DNA of 27,579 nt from a virus (IMGVR_UViG_3300030330_000157:1-27579), one strand, 5' to 3'; positions 9,881 to 18,935 are shown, counted from the stretch's first letter. Made by a program: numbers and translations. The notes: generated by a model from the sequence alone, not told the origin.

Positions 9881-10321
9881 CTATCCTACATTACCTATGT
9901 GTTCACAGGTAAAGTCATATTCTACTACAAAAAAACCTTCTTCATCTGTATCTGCATCTAAATCCATTTCATTCATTCTTAAATTAAATGCTGTTGTAGA
10001 ATCTGCTAATGTTATAGTTATATTATCATGTATTAGTGCTTCTAACCTTGCTGAATTATTCATTACATGGTCTAAAAAATTATGTGATTCTCTTTTATCT
10101 TGAAATATATATTGTATAGTAATGCTAAATTCTCTTTGCTCCATGTGTGATGCAAACTCAACTAAAGATGACCCATTAGGTATTAGCCTTATAAACTCAT
10201 TTGATTTTAACATAGGTTGTTCATTAGTAGCTTTTTGAACAGGTACTGGCATTTCTGTTTTAATGATTTCTTCTAATTTGTCCATTATGTTGTTAAAATT
10301 ATTTGTATAAGTAACTGCCAT
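9881..10321 (-). CDS. Tail terminator / tail completion-like protein
   Basis: 146 aa, acidic, size and position upstream of the tail tube gene; TAATG coupling. Confidence 0.55.
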   Translation of the reverse strand: MAVTYTNNFNNIMDKLEEIIKTEMPVPVQKATNEQPMLKSNEFIRLIPNGSSLVEFASHMEQREFSITIQYIFQDKRESHNFLDHVMNNSARLEALIHDNITITLADSTTAFNLRMNEMDLDADTDEEGFFVVEYDFTCEHIGNVG

Positions 10322-11325
10322 TATAATATTTTTCCTATTCTTGAAAGGTTAATAGTTCCTGTTTGTGCATTAGATATTTTTCTTGCTTCACTCATTACTT
10401 CTATTTCCCATTGATCATTCTCTGCCATTGAAGAACCTTGATACCTAACATACAAACCACCTAATCCTGACAAACCATCTAATCCACCTGTAATAATATT
10501 GTCTGTAGATTCTTGACCAAATAACTTATCATTACCAAAGTATTCTACTTTAACTTTAGCCACACCATAAGCACCAGCAGTTGTGCATGTAATTCTTAAT
10601 ATATCATAAGGCTCACCAAAGTATTGTCCTGCTGTTTCTACAAGTTGCATACTTCCTGTTTGTGTAATCTTTCTAATTGATCCTTGAGAATCTTTATTAT
10701 CAACTTCAAAAGATAATTTAAACTCACCTTTGTTTAGTCTGTCTGTAATACCTGTGCCATCTGCATTTGTTACTAAATTATAGTAGTAGTCTGCTTCTTC
10801 ACTTATTGGGTCTTTACTTCTAATTAGATTAGATGCACATATATAACAAGTAGCCTTGATTATTATAGCATCATACTCTGAAGTCAATCCACTTGCTGCA
10901 CTTTCTGATATCTGTGTGTTTTTTGGAAGTGGTGTTGGGTATCTTGAATCTAATATATTATTTAGTTCCATACTTGCATTTACTAATTGTTGATTAATAA
11001 AATCAGTAAAATCTTGACCTGCTTCAAAGATTTGATTGTTTATGGTAGTAGATGTGTATGTGTCATTATAGTATTCTAATTTGTTTTCTGCTGATGTATA
11101 TAACCACTCACCATTTGCATTAGGTGTGTCATCTGCATTATTAGAAGCACCTTGTTCATCACCATTAATAAATAATTTATCTACATAGCCACTATCATGG
11201 AATGTATGCAAATTGCTATTAGTAGATGGATTAAATAACTGTGCTTTGCTATCATAATCACCCATTCTGTTAAAATAGTTACTTAAATCTGATATACTTG
11301 CATATTTAAAGCTTGTAACTGCCAT
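10321..11325 (-). CDS. Head-tail connector (adaptor)-like protein with extra domains
   Basis: 334 aa; N-terminal KYASISDL and central LVNASMELNNILDSRYPTPL...IIKATCYI resemble gp6/gp15/Mu gp36-type adaptors; RBS AGAGGT. Confidence 0.55.
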   Translation of the reverse strand: MAVTSFKYASISDLSNYFNRMGDYDSKAQLFNPSTNSNLHTFHDSGYVDKLFINGDEQGASNNADDTPNANGEWLYTSAENKLEYYNDTYTSTTINNQIFEAGQDFTDFINQQLVNASMELNNILDSRYPTPLPKNTQISESAASGLTSEYDAIIIKATCYICASNLIRSKDPISEEADYYYNLVTNADGTGITDRLNKGEFKLSFEVDNKDSQGSIRKITQTGSMQLVETAGQYFGEPYDILRITCTTAGAYGVAKVKVEYFGNDKLFGQESTDNIITGGLDGLSGLGGLYVRYQGSSMAENDQWEIEVMSEARKISNAQTGTINLSRIGKIL

Positions 11326-11356
11326 TATTTACCTCTTTTTTAAATTTTGTATAGTA

Positions 11357-11431
11357 AGTGTAGGGTAGAGCAAAAACTTGAACAACAACCCCAATATTAT
11401 TATTTCAAAAATCTGCTCCACCCTTTTCACT
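11357..11431 (-). promoter_or_regulatory. Long intergenic RNA hairpin (cis-regulatory or processing element)
   Basis: AGGGUGGAGCAGA pairs with UUUGCUCUACCCU (13 bp, G-U included); inner UUGAA-A-UAAUAAU pairs with GUUGUUG-UUCAA; the wobbles work only on the minus strand. Confidence 0.6.
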
Positions 11432-11510
11432 ATTTTCTTTTCATTCTTCTTTTAACTTTTCTTTTAAGTTTTCTTTTTACTTTTTTCTTTTTTCCATAAT
11501 GATATGGCAT
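11430..11510 (-). CDS. 26-aa highly basic peptide MPYHYGKKKKVKRKLKRKVKRRMKRK (not in ORF track)
   Basis: ATG at 11510, TAG at 11430, preceded by AGGGGG RBS immediately after the upstream stop codon. Confidence 0.65.
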   Translation of the reverse strand: MPYHYGKKKKVKRKLKRKVKRRMKRK

Positions 11511-11519
11511 GATTTCCCC

Positions 11520-13079
11520 CTATCCTAAACTAATTACTCTAATGTCTGTATCTGCTTTAGCATTACAACTTCTTGCTTCAAGTGTAACAATACCATTTAT
11601 AGTTGTGCTACCACTTTCTACACCACCTGAATGTGCTGCTTGTGTGTTAGCTGAAACAACAAACTCTGCATTTGGATATACATTTAAGTTAATCTCACCT
11701 GTTTCATAATTTATTGTTCCTGTACCTGCTGCACCTGACAACTGACCCATGCCATTGTCTGTTAAGAAAGCACCTGTATTTTTTCTACTTGCATAAGTTA
11801 ATGGATCAAATATCTCATCATCAGGTAACTTAGCTGCAACAGGTGCTTCTAATGAACCTGCTGCTGGTATAATTCCAACTCCTAATGGTGTAGTTCCTCC
11901 ACTTGGTGCTGCAATCAATATTGCACCTGTAGATAATCTTGAACTGTCTGTTATTCTAACATCACCATTTACTATAGCAATAGTAGCTTTTTTGTTTTTT
12001 AAGTTAGTTCCTGTAGTAAACTTATCATTTATTGCTGATTGTATTTTAGCTATTACATTACCAAAGGTAACATCACTTGAATCTGTTGTAAAAGCTACAT
12101 CATCTGCACTACCACCTGATATTTTAAGACTAAAAGTATAAGTTGTGCTGACTGCTAATCCTGTCTTTGTAGAACTTGTTATACCTGATAGCCCAAACTC
12201 TTGGTAGCCATGTTCATAGAATTTAAGTGCAATACTTCCTGGAACTAATCCATCTGCTACTGTATCAGAAGTTCTTCCATATCCAAAGAAGTTCATAGCC
12301 CTAAACAATCCTGAAGCATTTGTTTTGGCTACTGTAGCACTACCATTCCCACCACCATTATAAGATGTGTCATCAAAGTCATGGTGCATATTAAAGAATG
12401 GTAATCTAACTGCAACATCATCAGCATGAGTTGCTGCTGTAGATCCATACAACCCTCTAACTATTGTGCAGGTACTATTTGCTAAATCTGCACCTGTACC
12501 AACAGCTGTAACTTCACATATTTCATTTTCTAACCTTATTAAATCTCCTACTTTAAAAAACTTACTGTGACCATCTTCTAAATTTAAAGTTGTGTGGCTT
12601 GTATCAGAACCAATAGTGTTTGCTGTTGCATGATCAACATCTGCACCACTATCAACATATTCATTTGAATCAGGTGCTTGGTTGTCAACTAACACACCCA
12701 TACCACCACCAACTGCTCCTGATGCTCCAATTAATCTATTGTTTGGCAAGTATACACATTCTCCTGCTGGTAAAAGCATAGCAAGGTAGTGTGAAGCATC
12801 ACTCATTGAATCAGCTGTATTGTCTGCATCTGTAGTCCATTCTGCTGTGCTAATCAATAACTCACAAGCTACACTACCTGTGTTTTCTACAAGTATAGCT
12901 TTTGGTGCTACCATTGTATCATTAGCTACATCTCTGCTGTAATTAACTAAATCAATACCTGCATTTGAATTATCTACTTTTATAATTTTATCAAAGATAA
13001 CATTATATGCACCTGTGATTCTTTTTGTATAATCTACATTAGGTGTTGTTATCTTTATCTCTTTTGTATAACTTGCCAT
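11520..13079 (-). CDS. Virion structural protein (head fibre/decoration-like)
   Basis: 519 aa, Gly/Ala/Ser/Thr-rich, includes FKVGDLIRLENE...TIVRGLYGSTAATHAD module common in phage structural proteins; RBS AGGAG. Confidence 0.55.
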   Translation of the reverse strand: MASYTKEIKITTPNVDYTKRITGAYNVIFDKIIKVDNSNAGIDLVNYSRDVANDTMVAPKAILVENTGSVACELLISTAEWTTDADNTADSMSDASHYLAMLLPAGECVYLPNNRLIGASGAVGGGMGVLVDNQAPDSNEYVDSGADVDHATANTIGSDTSHTTLNLEDGHSKFFKVGDLIRLENEICEVTAVGTGADLANSTCTIVRGLYGSTAATHADDVAVRLPFFNMHHDFDDTSYNGGGNGSATVAKTNASGLFRAMNFFGYGRTSDTVADGLVPGSIALKFYEHGYQEFGLSGITSSTKTGLAVSTTYTFSLKISGGSADDVAFTTDSSDVTFGNVIAKIQSAINDKFTTGTNLKNKKATIAIVNGDVRITDSSRLSTGAILIAAPSGGTTPLGVGIIPAAGSLEAPVAAKLPDDEIFDPLTYASRKNTGAFLTDNGMGQLSGAAGTGTINYETGEINLNVYPNAEFVVSANTQAAHSGGVESGSTTINGIVTLEARSCNAKADTDIRVISLG

Positions 13080-13088
13080 GTTTATCTC

Positions 13089-13871
13089 CTATTGATAATG
13101 ATATTTAACTATTAATTGTGCTGTAACATCATTTGTGTCTGTTACATTTTCAAAAGTTGCTACTATTACTTTGTCTGCTGCAACATTAGCAGAATCTACA
13201 GTTAAGGTTGTTGTGACCATTCTGTCATTATTGGCTGCTAAAACACTTCCATTGTGTGATAGTAGTGTGCCACTTGATAAATTACCTGCTGTAGAGCCAG
13301 TTCCTGTTATTAAAGTGTATGAATATAAATGGAAGTTTAAATCAACAGATGCTTCTGCTGCTGCCAAAACTCTTACCTCATCAATAGTAATTGCTGTTGG
13401 TACATACCAATAAGATGCTACTGCATCATAACTTTGAAGTCCTGTTGAATTGGCTACAGTTAATGATGTTGCAGGGTCTGTGCCTGTTCCAAAATCAAGT
13501 GAAGTAGCTGATGAATGTAAAGATTGGTCAACAAACATACTATGATGTTTTCCAGCTGTAGGCTGTGCATCATACACTCCAAATCTCTGAATCTGTGTTG
13601 TTACATGAGTTTGTGTAGTTCCTGCCTTAACAGCTGAATTAGTAGAATCAACAACAAGCAAATCAGTACCTGAAGCATTTTCTACAGTTAATAGAGCAGT
13701 TGAATCAGATGATGGTTTTAATGCAACTTTATCACCACCTAATGTTAATGCAGTAGAATTGCCCAACCCATCTTTTATAATAGTTCCATTAGTAGTTCTG
13801 CCTGAACCACTATTGTCAACTTGCAATAAGTCTTGGTAACTACTTGCTATTGTCTTGTTTGTTAATGCCAT
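13089..13871 (-). CDS. Virion structural protein (fibre-like)
   Basis: 260 aa, Thr/Ser/Ala-rich beta pattern, RBS AAGGAG, in the late operon. Confidence 0.55.
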   Translation of the reverse strand: MALTNKTIASSYQDLLQVDNSGSGRTTNGTIIKDGLGNSTALTLGGDKVALKPSSDSTALLTVENASGTDLLVVDSTNSAVKAGTTQTHVTTQIQRFGVYDAQPTAGKHHSMFVDQSLHSSATSLDFGTGTDPATSLTVANSTGLQSYDAVASYWYVPTAITIDEVRVLAAAEASVDLNFHLYSYTLITGTGSTAGNLSSGTLLSHNGSVLAANNDRMVTTTLTVDSANVAADKVIVATFENVTDTNDVTAQLIVKYHYQ

Positions 13872-13881
13872 TTATATCTCC

Positions 13882-14703
13882 TTAATCATATACTGCAAAA
13901 TCTGTTGTAGCTGCTGGTAATGCAACTGCCTTCATAATAAAATCACCAAACCTTGAATCTGATGTGCCACCCCATCTTAAAAATCCTGATGTTGAGGTAG
14001 AACTTGTTTTTGCACCTAACCAATATTGGTAAGTTGTTCCTGCTGTTAAACCTGTTACTACCCACATATGTTGGTATAAATATCTATCTGTTTCATCTGC
14101 AACATTAGTTACATGCTGATAAGTATCACCAATGCTGTTATAGGTTGCATTGTCAGATAATCCAAATCTTTGTTGTGTTCCTGAAGCAGCATCAAGTTCT
14201 ATTTGTACTGTTATTTCAACATTACCACTTGGAGGTGCAACAAACTTTACATTCATAGCTGGTGTTGGAACTGCATAAGATGTTGTCAATGTATATGTTT
14301 GATGGCTTTCATCTTCACCAATCATTTGAAAACCTAATATCATACCTGCATAAGCACTATTTGCTACACTAAACTCTGTGTTGTTTCTTAGTGCTGAAAA
14401 TGCACCTGTTCTACTATCCAATGTCATAGCCCCATTTGAAGCTACTATTAAACTATCAAGAGAAACAAGTGATGTAGCACCATCAGTATCTGTTGTAACT
14501 GTAAAAAAATTACTACTATCATTATCACTTGCTATTTTTAAAGGTGATATAAGCTTCTCTGAACTTAAACTGCTATCAAATCTTGTTTTAGTTCTAACAA
14601 GCAGTTCTTCTTCAGATATTTCTAATCCAGTTAGCTTATCATCTATTTTTAAAGGTTTTAGATGACTATCTAAAGTATTATCTATAGTAATTTCTTTACT
14701 CAT
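13882..14703 (-). CDS. Virion structural protein (fibre-tip-like C-terminus)
   Basis: 273 aa; C-terminal VVTGLTAGTTYQY motif resembles small phage fibre-tip domains. Confidence 0.5.
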   Translation of the reverse strand: MSKEITIDNTLDSHLKPLKIDDKLTGLEISEEELLVRTKTRFDSSLSSEKLISPLKIASDNDSSNFFTVTTDTDGATSLVSLDSLIVASNGAMTLDSRTGAFSALRNNTEFSVANSAYAGMILGFQMIGEDESHQTYTLTTSYAVPTPAMNVKFVAPPSGNVEITVQIELDAASGTQQRFGLSDNATYNSIGDTYQHVTNVADETDRYLYQHMWVVTGLTAGTTYQYWLGAKTSSTSTSGFLRWGGTSDSRFGDFIMKAVALPAATTDFAVYD

Positions 14704-14851
14704 TTATATTTTTTACAAATTCCTTTATTTTAGCAACAACCTTATCATCTTTTTTACTTTTAGTCAGTTTAGCAATAAACTCTAATATGCCTAATATTGC
14801 AGGTATAATTCCTTTCTTTGCTACATATCTTGTTAAAATAGCTTTAAACAT
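14696..14851 (-). CDS. 51-aa amphipathic protein MFKAILTRYVAKKGIIPAILGILEFIAKLTKSKKDDKVVAKIKEFVKNINE (not in ORF track), possibly lysis-related
   Basis: TAATG coupling at 14851; stop overlaps the start of the next gene; exactly fills the gap. Confidence 0.6.
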   Translation of the reverse strand: MFKAILTRYVAKKGIIPAILGILEFIAKLTKSKKDDKVVAKIKEFVKNINE

Positions 14852-15120
14852 TATTTATTATCTGACCTTAATCCTTTAATAAAACCTCTTAATGCACCAC
14901 CTACTATATTGTCAATTAGATCAATAAAGTAAGGCTCTATAGTTTTGTTCCATATTTTTTTAGTAAATGACCATTTTGTAAGTCCTGCTGTTAAAAACAC
15001 ACCTGCTTTCTCACATAATGTTTCTACAAAAGCACAAATATCTTCATTAGGTATTTTTTTCAAAATCCATAATATTGCACCTCCACTACTTAATCCTAAT
15101 CCCATTGTTAATAAATCCAT
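14851..15120 (-). CDS. Small membrane-associated protein (lysis block)
   Basis: 89 aa, hydrophobic N-terminus, RBS AAGGAG. Confidence 0.6.
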   Translation of the reverse strand: MDLLTMGLGLSSGGAILWILKKIPNEDICAFVETLCEKAGVFLTAGLTKWSFTKKIWNKTIEPYFIDLIDNIVGGALRGFIKGLRSDNK

Positions 15121-15131
15121 GTTTATCTCCT

Positions 15132-15437
15132 TTAATTATTTTTTAAAAATTTCTCTAATTTATCTTTAAAACCATTACCACTATTCTTATTCATAAGTTT
15201 AGATATTATATCTACTAAACCTTTGTAACTTTTTTCTATTCCTTTTTGTTCTATCTGCATCTTCTTTTGTTGGTCTATAAGTTTTATTGTTATTCCTTCT
15301 AATCTTTTAAATCTTTCATCAAGTTCTTCCATCAGTTCATCTTGTATAAACTTGTTTTGTTTCCATATAAAGAACCCAAATGCTACTGCTACACAAATAG
15401 GGATCCCATACTGCTCTAATATTGTCAAAAAATCCAT
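15132..15437 (-). CDS. Holin-like protein (one TM helix plus coiled coil, BhlA/UviB-like architecture)
   Basis: 101 aa; LEQYGIPICVAVAFGFFIWKQ TM segment followed by a charged coiled coil; near the endolysin. Confidence 0.55.
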   Translation of the reverse strand: MDFLTILEQYGIPICVAVAFGFFIWKQNKFIQDELMEELDERFKRLEGITIKLIDQQKKMQIEQKGIEKSYKGLVDIISKLMNKNSGNGFKDKLEKFLKNN

Positions 15438-15586
15438 TAGCTTTTAGCTAACTTATAAATTTTTACACATATATAAACAAAGGTAGCTAACCCTACCATT
15501 ATTCTAACTACAACAGGCAACCACTCCATCCATGTTATTATAATACCACTTGCACCTGCTGATACTGTTCTTAAACTGTCAATCAT
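15437..15586 (-). CDS. 49-aa membrane protein MIDSLRTVSAGASGIIITWMEWLPVVVRIMVGLATFVYICVKIYKLAKS (not in ORF track), holin candidate
   Basis: RBS GGAG, TAATG coupling to the next gene, hydrophobic segments and basic C-terminus. Confidence 0.65.
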   Translation of the reverse strand: MIDSLRTVSAGASGIIITWMEWLPVVVRIMVGLATFVYICVKIYKLAKS

Positions 15587-15631
15587 TTATTTCTCCATTG
15601 TGGAGAGCATACAACACAGATTGGAGGAGTG

Positions 15632-16828
15632 CTAAACAACAACTTTGAAGATAGTTTCTGTGGATTTTGTCTTTTTAGCTGATTTTGCATTGTATGCTTC
15701 CAAACTTTTATCAATTTTATAACCTTTATTATTAACATTCTGTAAATCTATTTTAATTCCATCTCTGTTGCCATCATTGTAAAATATGTAACAATTCTGA
15801 CTTGCCCTTCCTGATAAATTAAGTGCTTTATCTGAATAATCATTAGCACCTACCATACTTGAACTTCTTGAATAATTATCTCCTACTCTTGCACTATGAA
15901 CATGACCAAATATCACATAATGTACTTCTATTCCTTGCCCTGCATATCTTCCTATAATTTGGTTTACTGATTTTTCTATACCACCTTTAAGTGAACCATG
16001 CCCATGCAACATTAACAAATTTTGTCCAGCAACATTAACTACTATTTCACTTGGGTCACCATCAATAAACTTTACATGGCTATCTTTAAATAAAAACCTC
16101 AAACAGTTATAAATGGTGTAATCATAGTTGTCTGTAGCTACTATGTTACTCCAGCCCAATTCTTTGTTTGCTCTACCTTCATTCCCAACAACACCTGCAA
16201 TAGATACATTGTAGTTTTTGTTTAAATCAAGTATTACTTGTTGCATTATGTCTACTGATAAGAATGTTGCTTTAGCCCTGTTTGTAGCTTGGTTTAGTAG
16301 TTCATCTAACCTTCTATCAGAATTTAATAAATCTCCTGTTAAAGCTACCACTACATTCTTTATTTGTGCTATTTCAAAGTATTTCTTTGCTTTGCTTACA
16401 AAATATTGACATCTTTTAGCTGCAACCTCAAAATCATACTTGTTTGTTTTTAAATTTACTAACTCATTAAAGTGTAGATCACTAAACTGTATAACACCTA
16501 CTGCTTTCTTACTACCAGTATGCTTTCTTGTTAATTTGTGTAGTTTATAATTTTCAAAAAGCTTTTTTAACTCTTTGCTGTATTCTTCTACAGCATTTTC
16601 AACTCTTGCAAATTCTCTAAAACTTTTTCTTTCAACTCTTGTAATGTCTTGTGCTTTCTGCTTTTGCTTCTTGTACTTGACATTTTCTTTTAATAATTCT
16701 ATGTCCTCTATAGGACAACTTGTTTTTCTGCTACATCTTTTGCACTTGTATCTTTGTTTCCCATGCTCCCATCCACTTTTTCTTAACTGTATACTAAAAC
16801 AATGTGGACATGCCAACCTATTTTGCAT
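15632..16828 (-). CDS. Calcineurin-like metallophosphoesterase with N-terminal Zn ribbon
   Basis: CPHC...GKQRYKCKRC (InsA-like Zn ribbon), coiled coil, then FSDLH, GDLL, GNE, HGH and FGHVH motifs. Confidence 0.8.
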   Translation of the reverse strand: MQNRLACPHCFSIQLRKSGWEHGKQRYKCKRCSRKTSCPIEDIELLKENVKYKKQKQKAQDITRVERKSFREFARVENAVEEYSKELKKLFENYKLHKLTRKHTGSKKAVGVIQFSDLHFNELVNLKTNKYDFEVAAKRCQYFVSKAKKYFEIAQIKNVVVALTGDLLNSDRRLDELLNQATNRAKATFLSVDIMQQVILDLNKNYNVSIAGVVGNEGRANKELGWSNIVATDNYDYTIYNCLRFLFKDSHVKFIDGDPSEIVVNVAGQNLLMLHGHGSLKGGIEKSVNQIIGRYAGQGIEVHYVIFGHVHSARVGDNYSRSSSMVGANDYSDKALNLSGRASQNCYIFYNDGNRDGIKIDLQNVNNKGYKIDKSLEAYNAKSAKKTKSTETIFKVVV

Positions 16829-17222
16829 ACTTGACTATATCAGATAGTTTCTTTGCTCTATTTGGTGTTTGTTTATACCATTTACTGTCAAGCATTTCAA
16901 CAGCTGCTTCTTTAAACTGTTTTGTCATTAAATATTGGATTGTTTTTTTAAACTTAGAAAACCCTGATACACCTAACTGAAAACACATCTCTATCATTAC
17001 ATCTTGTACTGATTCAGGCATTGAATCTATAAAAGGAAACTTTTGCTCTACTCTTAGTCTTAATTCAGCTACTTTCCTTTCAAGGATCATATCAGCTATA
17101 TCTTTATCCATCACTAAATCTTTGACAGCAAATCCATAGCCAATAGTATCATAACCTTCTGTGCATTTGTAAACTCTGCTTCTAAAACCTTCAGATTCTT
17201 TAATGTTTTCAAGTAGTGACAT
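16818..17222 (-). CDS. Endolysin, GH24 (T4-lysozyme-like) muramidase
   Basis: IKESEGFRSRVYKCTEGYDTIGYG (E...C...T catalytic pattern) and EMLDSKWYKQTPNRA. Confidence 0.9.
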   Translation of the reverse strand: MSLLENIKESEGFRSRVYKCTEGYDTIGYGFAVKDLVMDKDIADMILERKVAELRLRVEQKFPFIDSMPESVQDVMIEMCFQLGVSGFSKFKKTIQYLMTKQFKEAAVEMLDSKWYKQTPNRAKKLSDIVKYAK

Positions 17223-17530
17223 TAACCAACAGATTTTGAGTATTTTTTAGGTTGTGCATCTGATATAACACTAACACCACAAGCTAATACTGCTGCATTT
17301 GCTGCAAATAACTTATCTGTAGCTGCTTTTCTTATAATTACAGTATCAGAACCATCTAATGAAAATGTGCCAATATCTGTGCCATCAGATGTGTTTAATG
17401 TTACTAAATGTTCTGTTCCTGTTGCTGCTGTATTGTGAAGTCTTACAAACTCACTTGAACCTACATTTGAAGAACCTGCATCATCTGTTCCTAAAGCAGC
17501 TTCTGTAGTAATTGGTGAAAAAATAATCAT
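17222..17530 (-). CDS. Small beta-rich protein, possibly capsid decoration
   Basis: 102 aa, Ala/Gly/Thr-rich, downstream of the major capsid gene, RBS GGAGG. Confidence 0.5.
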   Translation of the reverse strand: MIIFSPITTEAALGTDDAGSSNVGSSEFVRLHNTAATGTEHLVTLNTSDGTDIGTFSLDGSDTVIIRKAATDKLFAANAAVLACGVSVISDAQPKKYSKSVG

Positions 17531-17532
17531 TA

Positions 17533-17700
17533 TTAAATTCCCTCCACTTTACAACCTTTTGCTTCATACATTTTTATTTCTGCTTCTGATAAATGATCTC
17601 TTAAAATACTATTGCCATTAGGCTTAGATATTTTATACTTGCTTACTGCTTTTACTTCTTTTTTTACTTCTTTTTTAGCTTCTTTTTTAGCTTCTGCCAT
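17533..17700 (-). CDS. 55-aa hypothetical protein MAEAKKEAKKEVKKEVKAVSKYKISKPNGNSILRDHLSEAEIKMYEAKGCKVEGI (not in ORF track)
   Basis: RBS AAGGAG, fills the gap; begins with four 12-bp repeats encoding E(A/V)KK. Confidence 0.7.
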   Translation of the reverse strand: MAEAKKEAKKEVKKEVKAVSKYKISKPNGNSILRDHLSEAEIKMYEAKGCKVEGI

Positions 17701-17711
17701 TATTATTCTCC

Positions 17712-17969
17712 TTAAATAATGTTTCCATTTTTATCAAAATCTATGCCACCAAAGATGCCTATATTATCTGCACCTTTACCTTTTTTGTTCCTACTAATTC
17801 TGTTGGAAACCTCTTGCATATAATCCATATACTTCATTTTCTTACCTTTATAATATGCTTGTTGTCCTTTGTCTTTATCATTAACAAGCTTCAATTTGTT
17901 ATCAGGATCAAGCTGACATCCAAATTCTTTGTTGTTTAGGTTTCCTATATCTTTTTTATTTGATGACAT
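17712..17969 (-). CDS. Hypothetical protein
   Basis: 85 aa, same strand, right after the capsid terminator. Confidence 0.6.
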   Translation of the reverse strand: MSSNKKDIGNLNNKEFGCQLDPDNKLKLVNDKDKGQQAYYKGKKMKYMDYMQEVSNRISRNKKGKGADNIGIFGGIDFDKNGNII

Positions 17970-17972
17970 GAT

Positions 17973-18006
17973 AAGTAAAAGGGTGGCTTTTACACCACCC
18001 TTACTT
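17973..18006 (-). terminator. Rho-independent terminator/attenuator after the major capsid gene
   Basis: AAGGGTGG-TGTAAAAG-CCACCCTT followed by TTACTT, starting 8 nt after the capsid stop. Confidence 0.8.
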
Positions 18007-18013
18007 TTATGTA

Positions 18014-18907
18014 TTATGAGATTTCAGTATGTATTTCAACACCATGCAAATCAACTAATTCAGAAACTGCCCAATATCCATTGGCAACTAAATTAGTAGA
18101 AGCACCTAACTCATTTCTTTCAGTTTTTAACTCTATGAAGTTTCCTCCACCAAAGTCAATATAACCTACTCCAATAGCTGTTTTTGAGTATATAGCACCT
18201 TTCTTTCTACCTGTATCACCATCAATAACTTGTGGTGATGTGTAGAAATCAATACCTGCTAAACTGCTTACAAAACCTGCTTTGTAGAATTGATCACCTA
18301 CAAAACTTGCACCACCATGTGCAAATGCACCTGTAGATGAAGCTGTTTGTGTAAGGGCTAAGTCATTTGAAAGTCCAAATGAGCCATACATTTGTTGTGG
18401 GTGTAATACTGCACTATAAGGTCTTGGAGCATCATTAGTTTCCAAAGAAGCTAAAGCATCCATTATGTCAATAAACCTTAAACCATCATCTGTACCTTTG
18501 CTTGTTGCAAAACCATCATACAATGCACAAATGTTAGCATCCATTTCTGCTGCTACTGCATTACCAAGAACTTGACCTGCATTTACAAGTAAAGCATCTG
18601 CATTACCATGTGCTGCTAAATCAGTAATTCTTGCATTAATGTGGTTTCTTAGTATTTCCACATTTGTTGCAGCAGTTGTAATACTTGTTGCTGATACTTC
18701 TGTATCTTCATCACCTGTTGCTTCATTAGTAACATCTGATACACCTAATTTACTATAAACTGGGAATTGAACAACATTACTGCCTTTAACTGCTGGTTGT
18801 AGTGAAACAGTTTGTGGAGTAACTGCTGCTTTGTTGAATTGTACTATGGCTGCTGCTATGGTTTTCCCTAAACCACCAGCTGCAACACCTACATCTGTAT
18901 TTGCCAT
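18014..18907 (-). CDS. Major capsid protein (HK97-fold)
   Basis: 297 aa after the scaffold gene and followed by a terminator; GSNVVQFP, GQVLGNAVAAEMD, AVLHP, GIDFYTS and ELKTERN patterns. Confidence 0.85.
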   Translation of the reverse strand: MANTDVGVAAGGLGKTIAAAIVQFNKAAVTPQTVSLQPAVKGSNVVQFPVYSKLGVSDVTNEATGDEDTEVSATSITTAATNVEILRNHINARITDLAAHGNADALLVNAGQVLGNAVAAEMDANICALYDGFATSKGTDDGLRFIDIMDALASLETNDAPRPYSAVLHPQQMYGSFGLSNDLALTQTASSTGAFAHGGASFVGDQFYKAGFVSSLAGIDFYTSPQVIDGDTGRKKGAIYSKTAIGVGYIDFGGGNFIELKTERNELGASTNLVANGYWAVSELVDLHGVEIHTEIS

Positions 18908-18935
18908 GTTTTACCTCTTATTTAATGTTAATAAA

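Noticed and set aside
16720-16828. IS1/IS1595 InsA-like Zn ribbon suggesting an insertion sequence
   Set aside because: It is fused to a phosphoesterase; no DDE transposase, terminal inverted repeats or target duplication seen
17651-17694. 12-bp tandem repeat (four copies)
   Set aside because: It is a coding low-complexity E(A/V)KK repeat in the 55-aa gene, not a separate element
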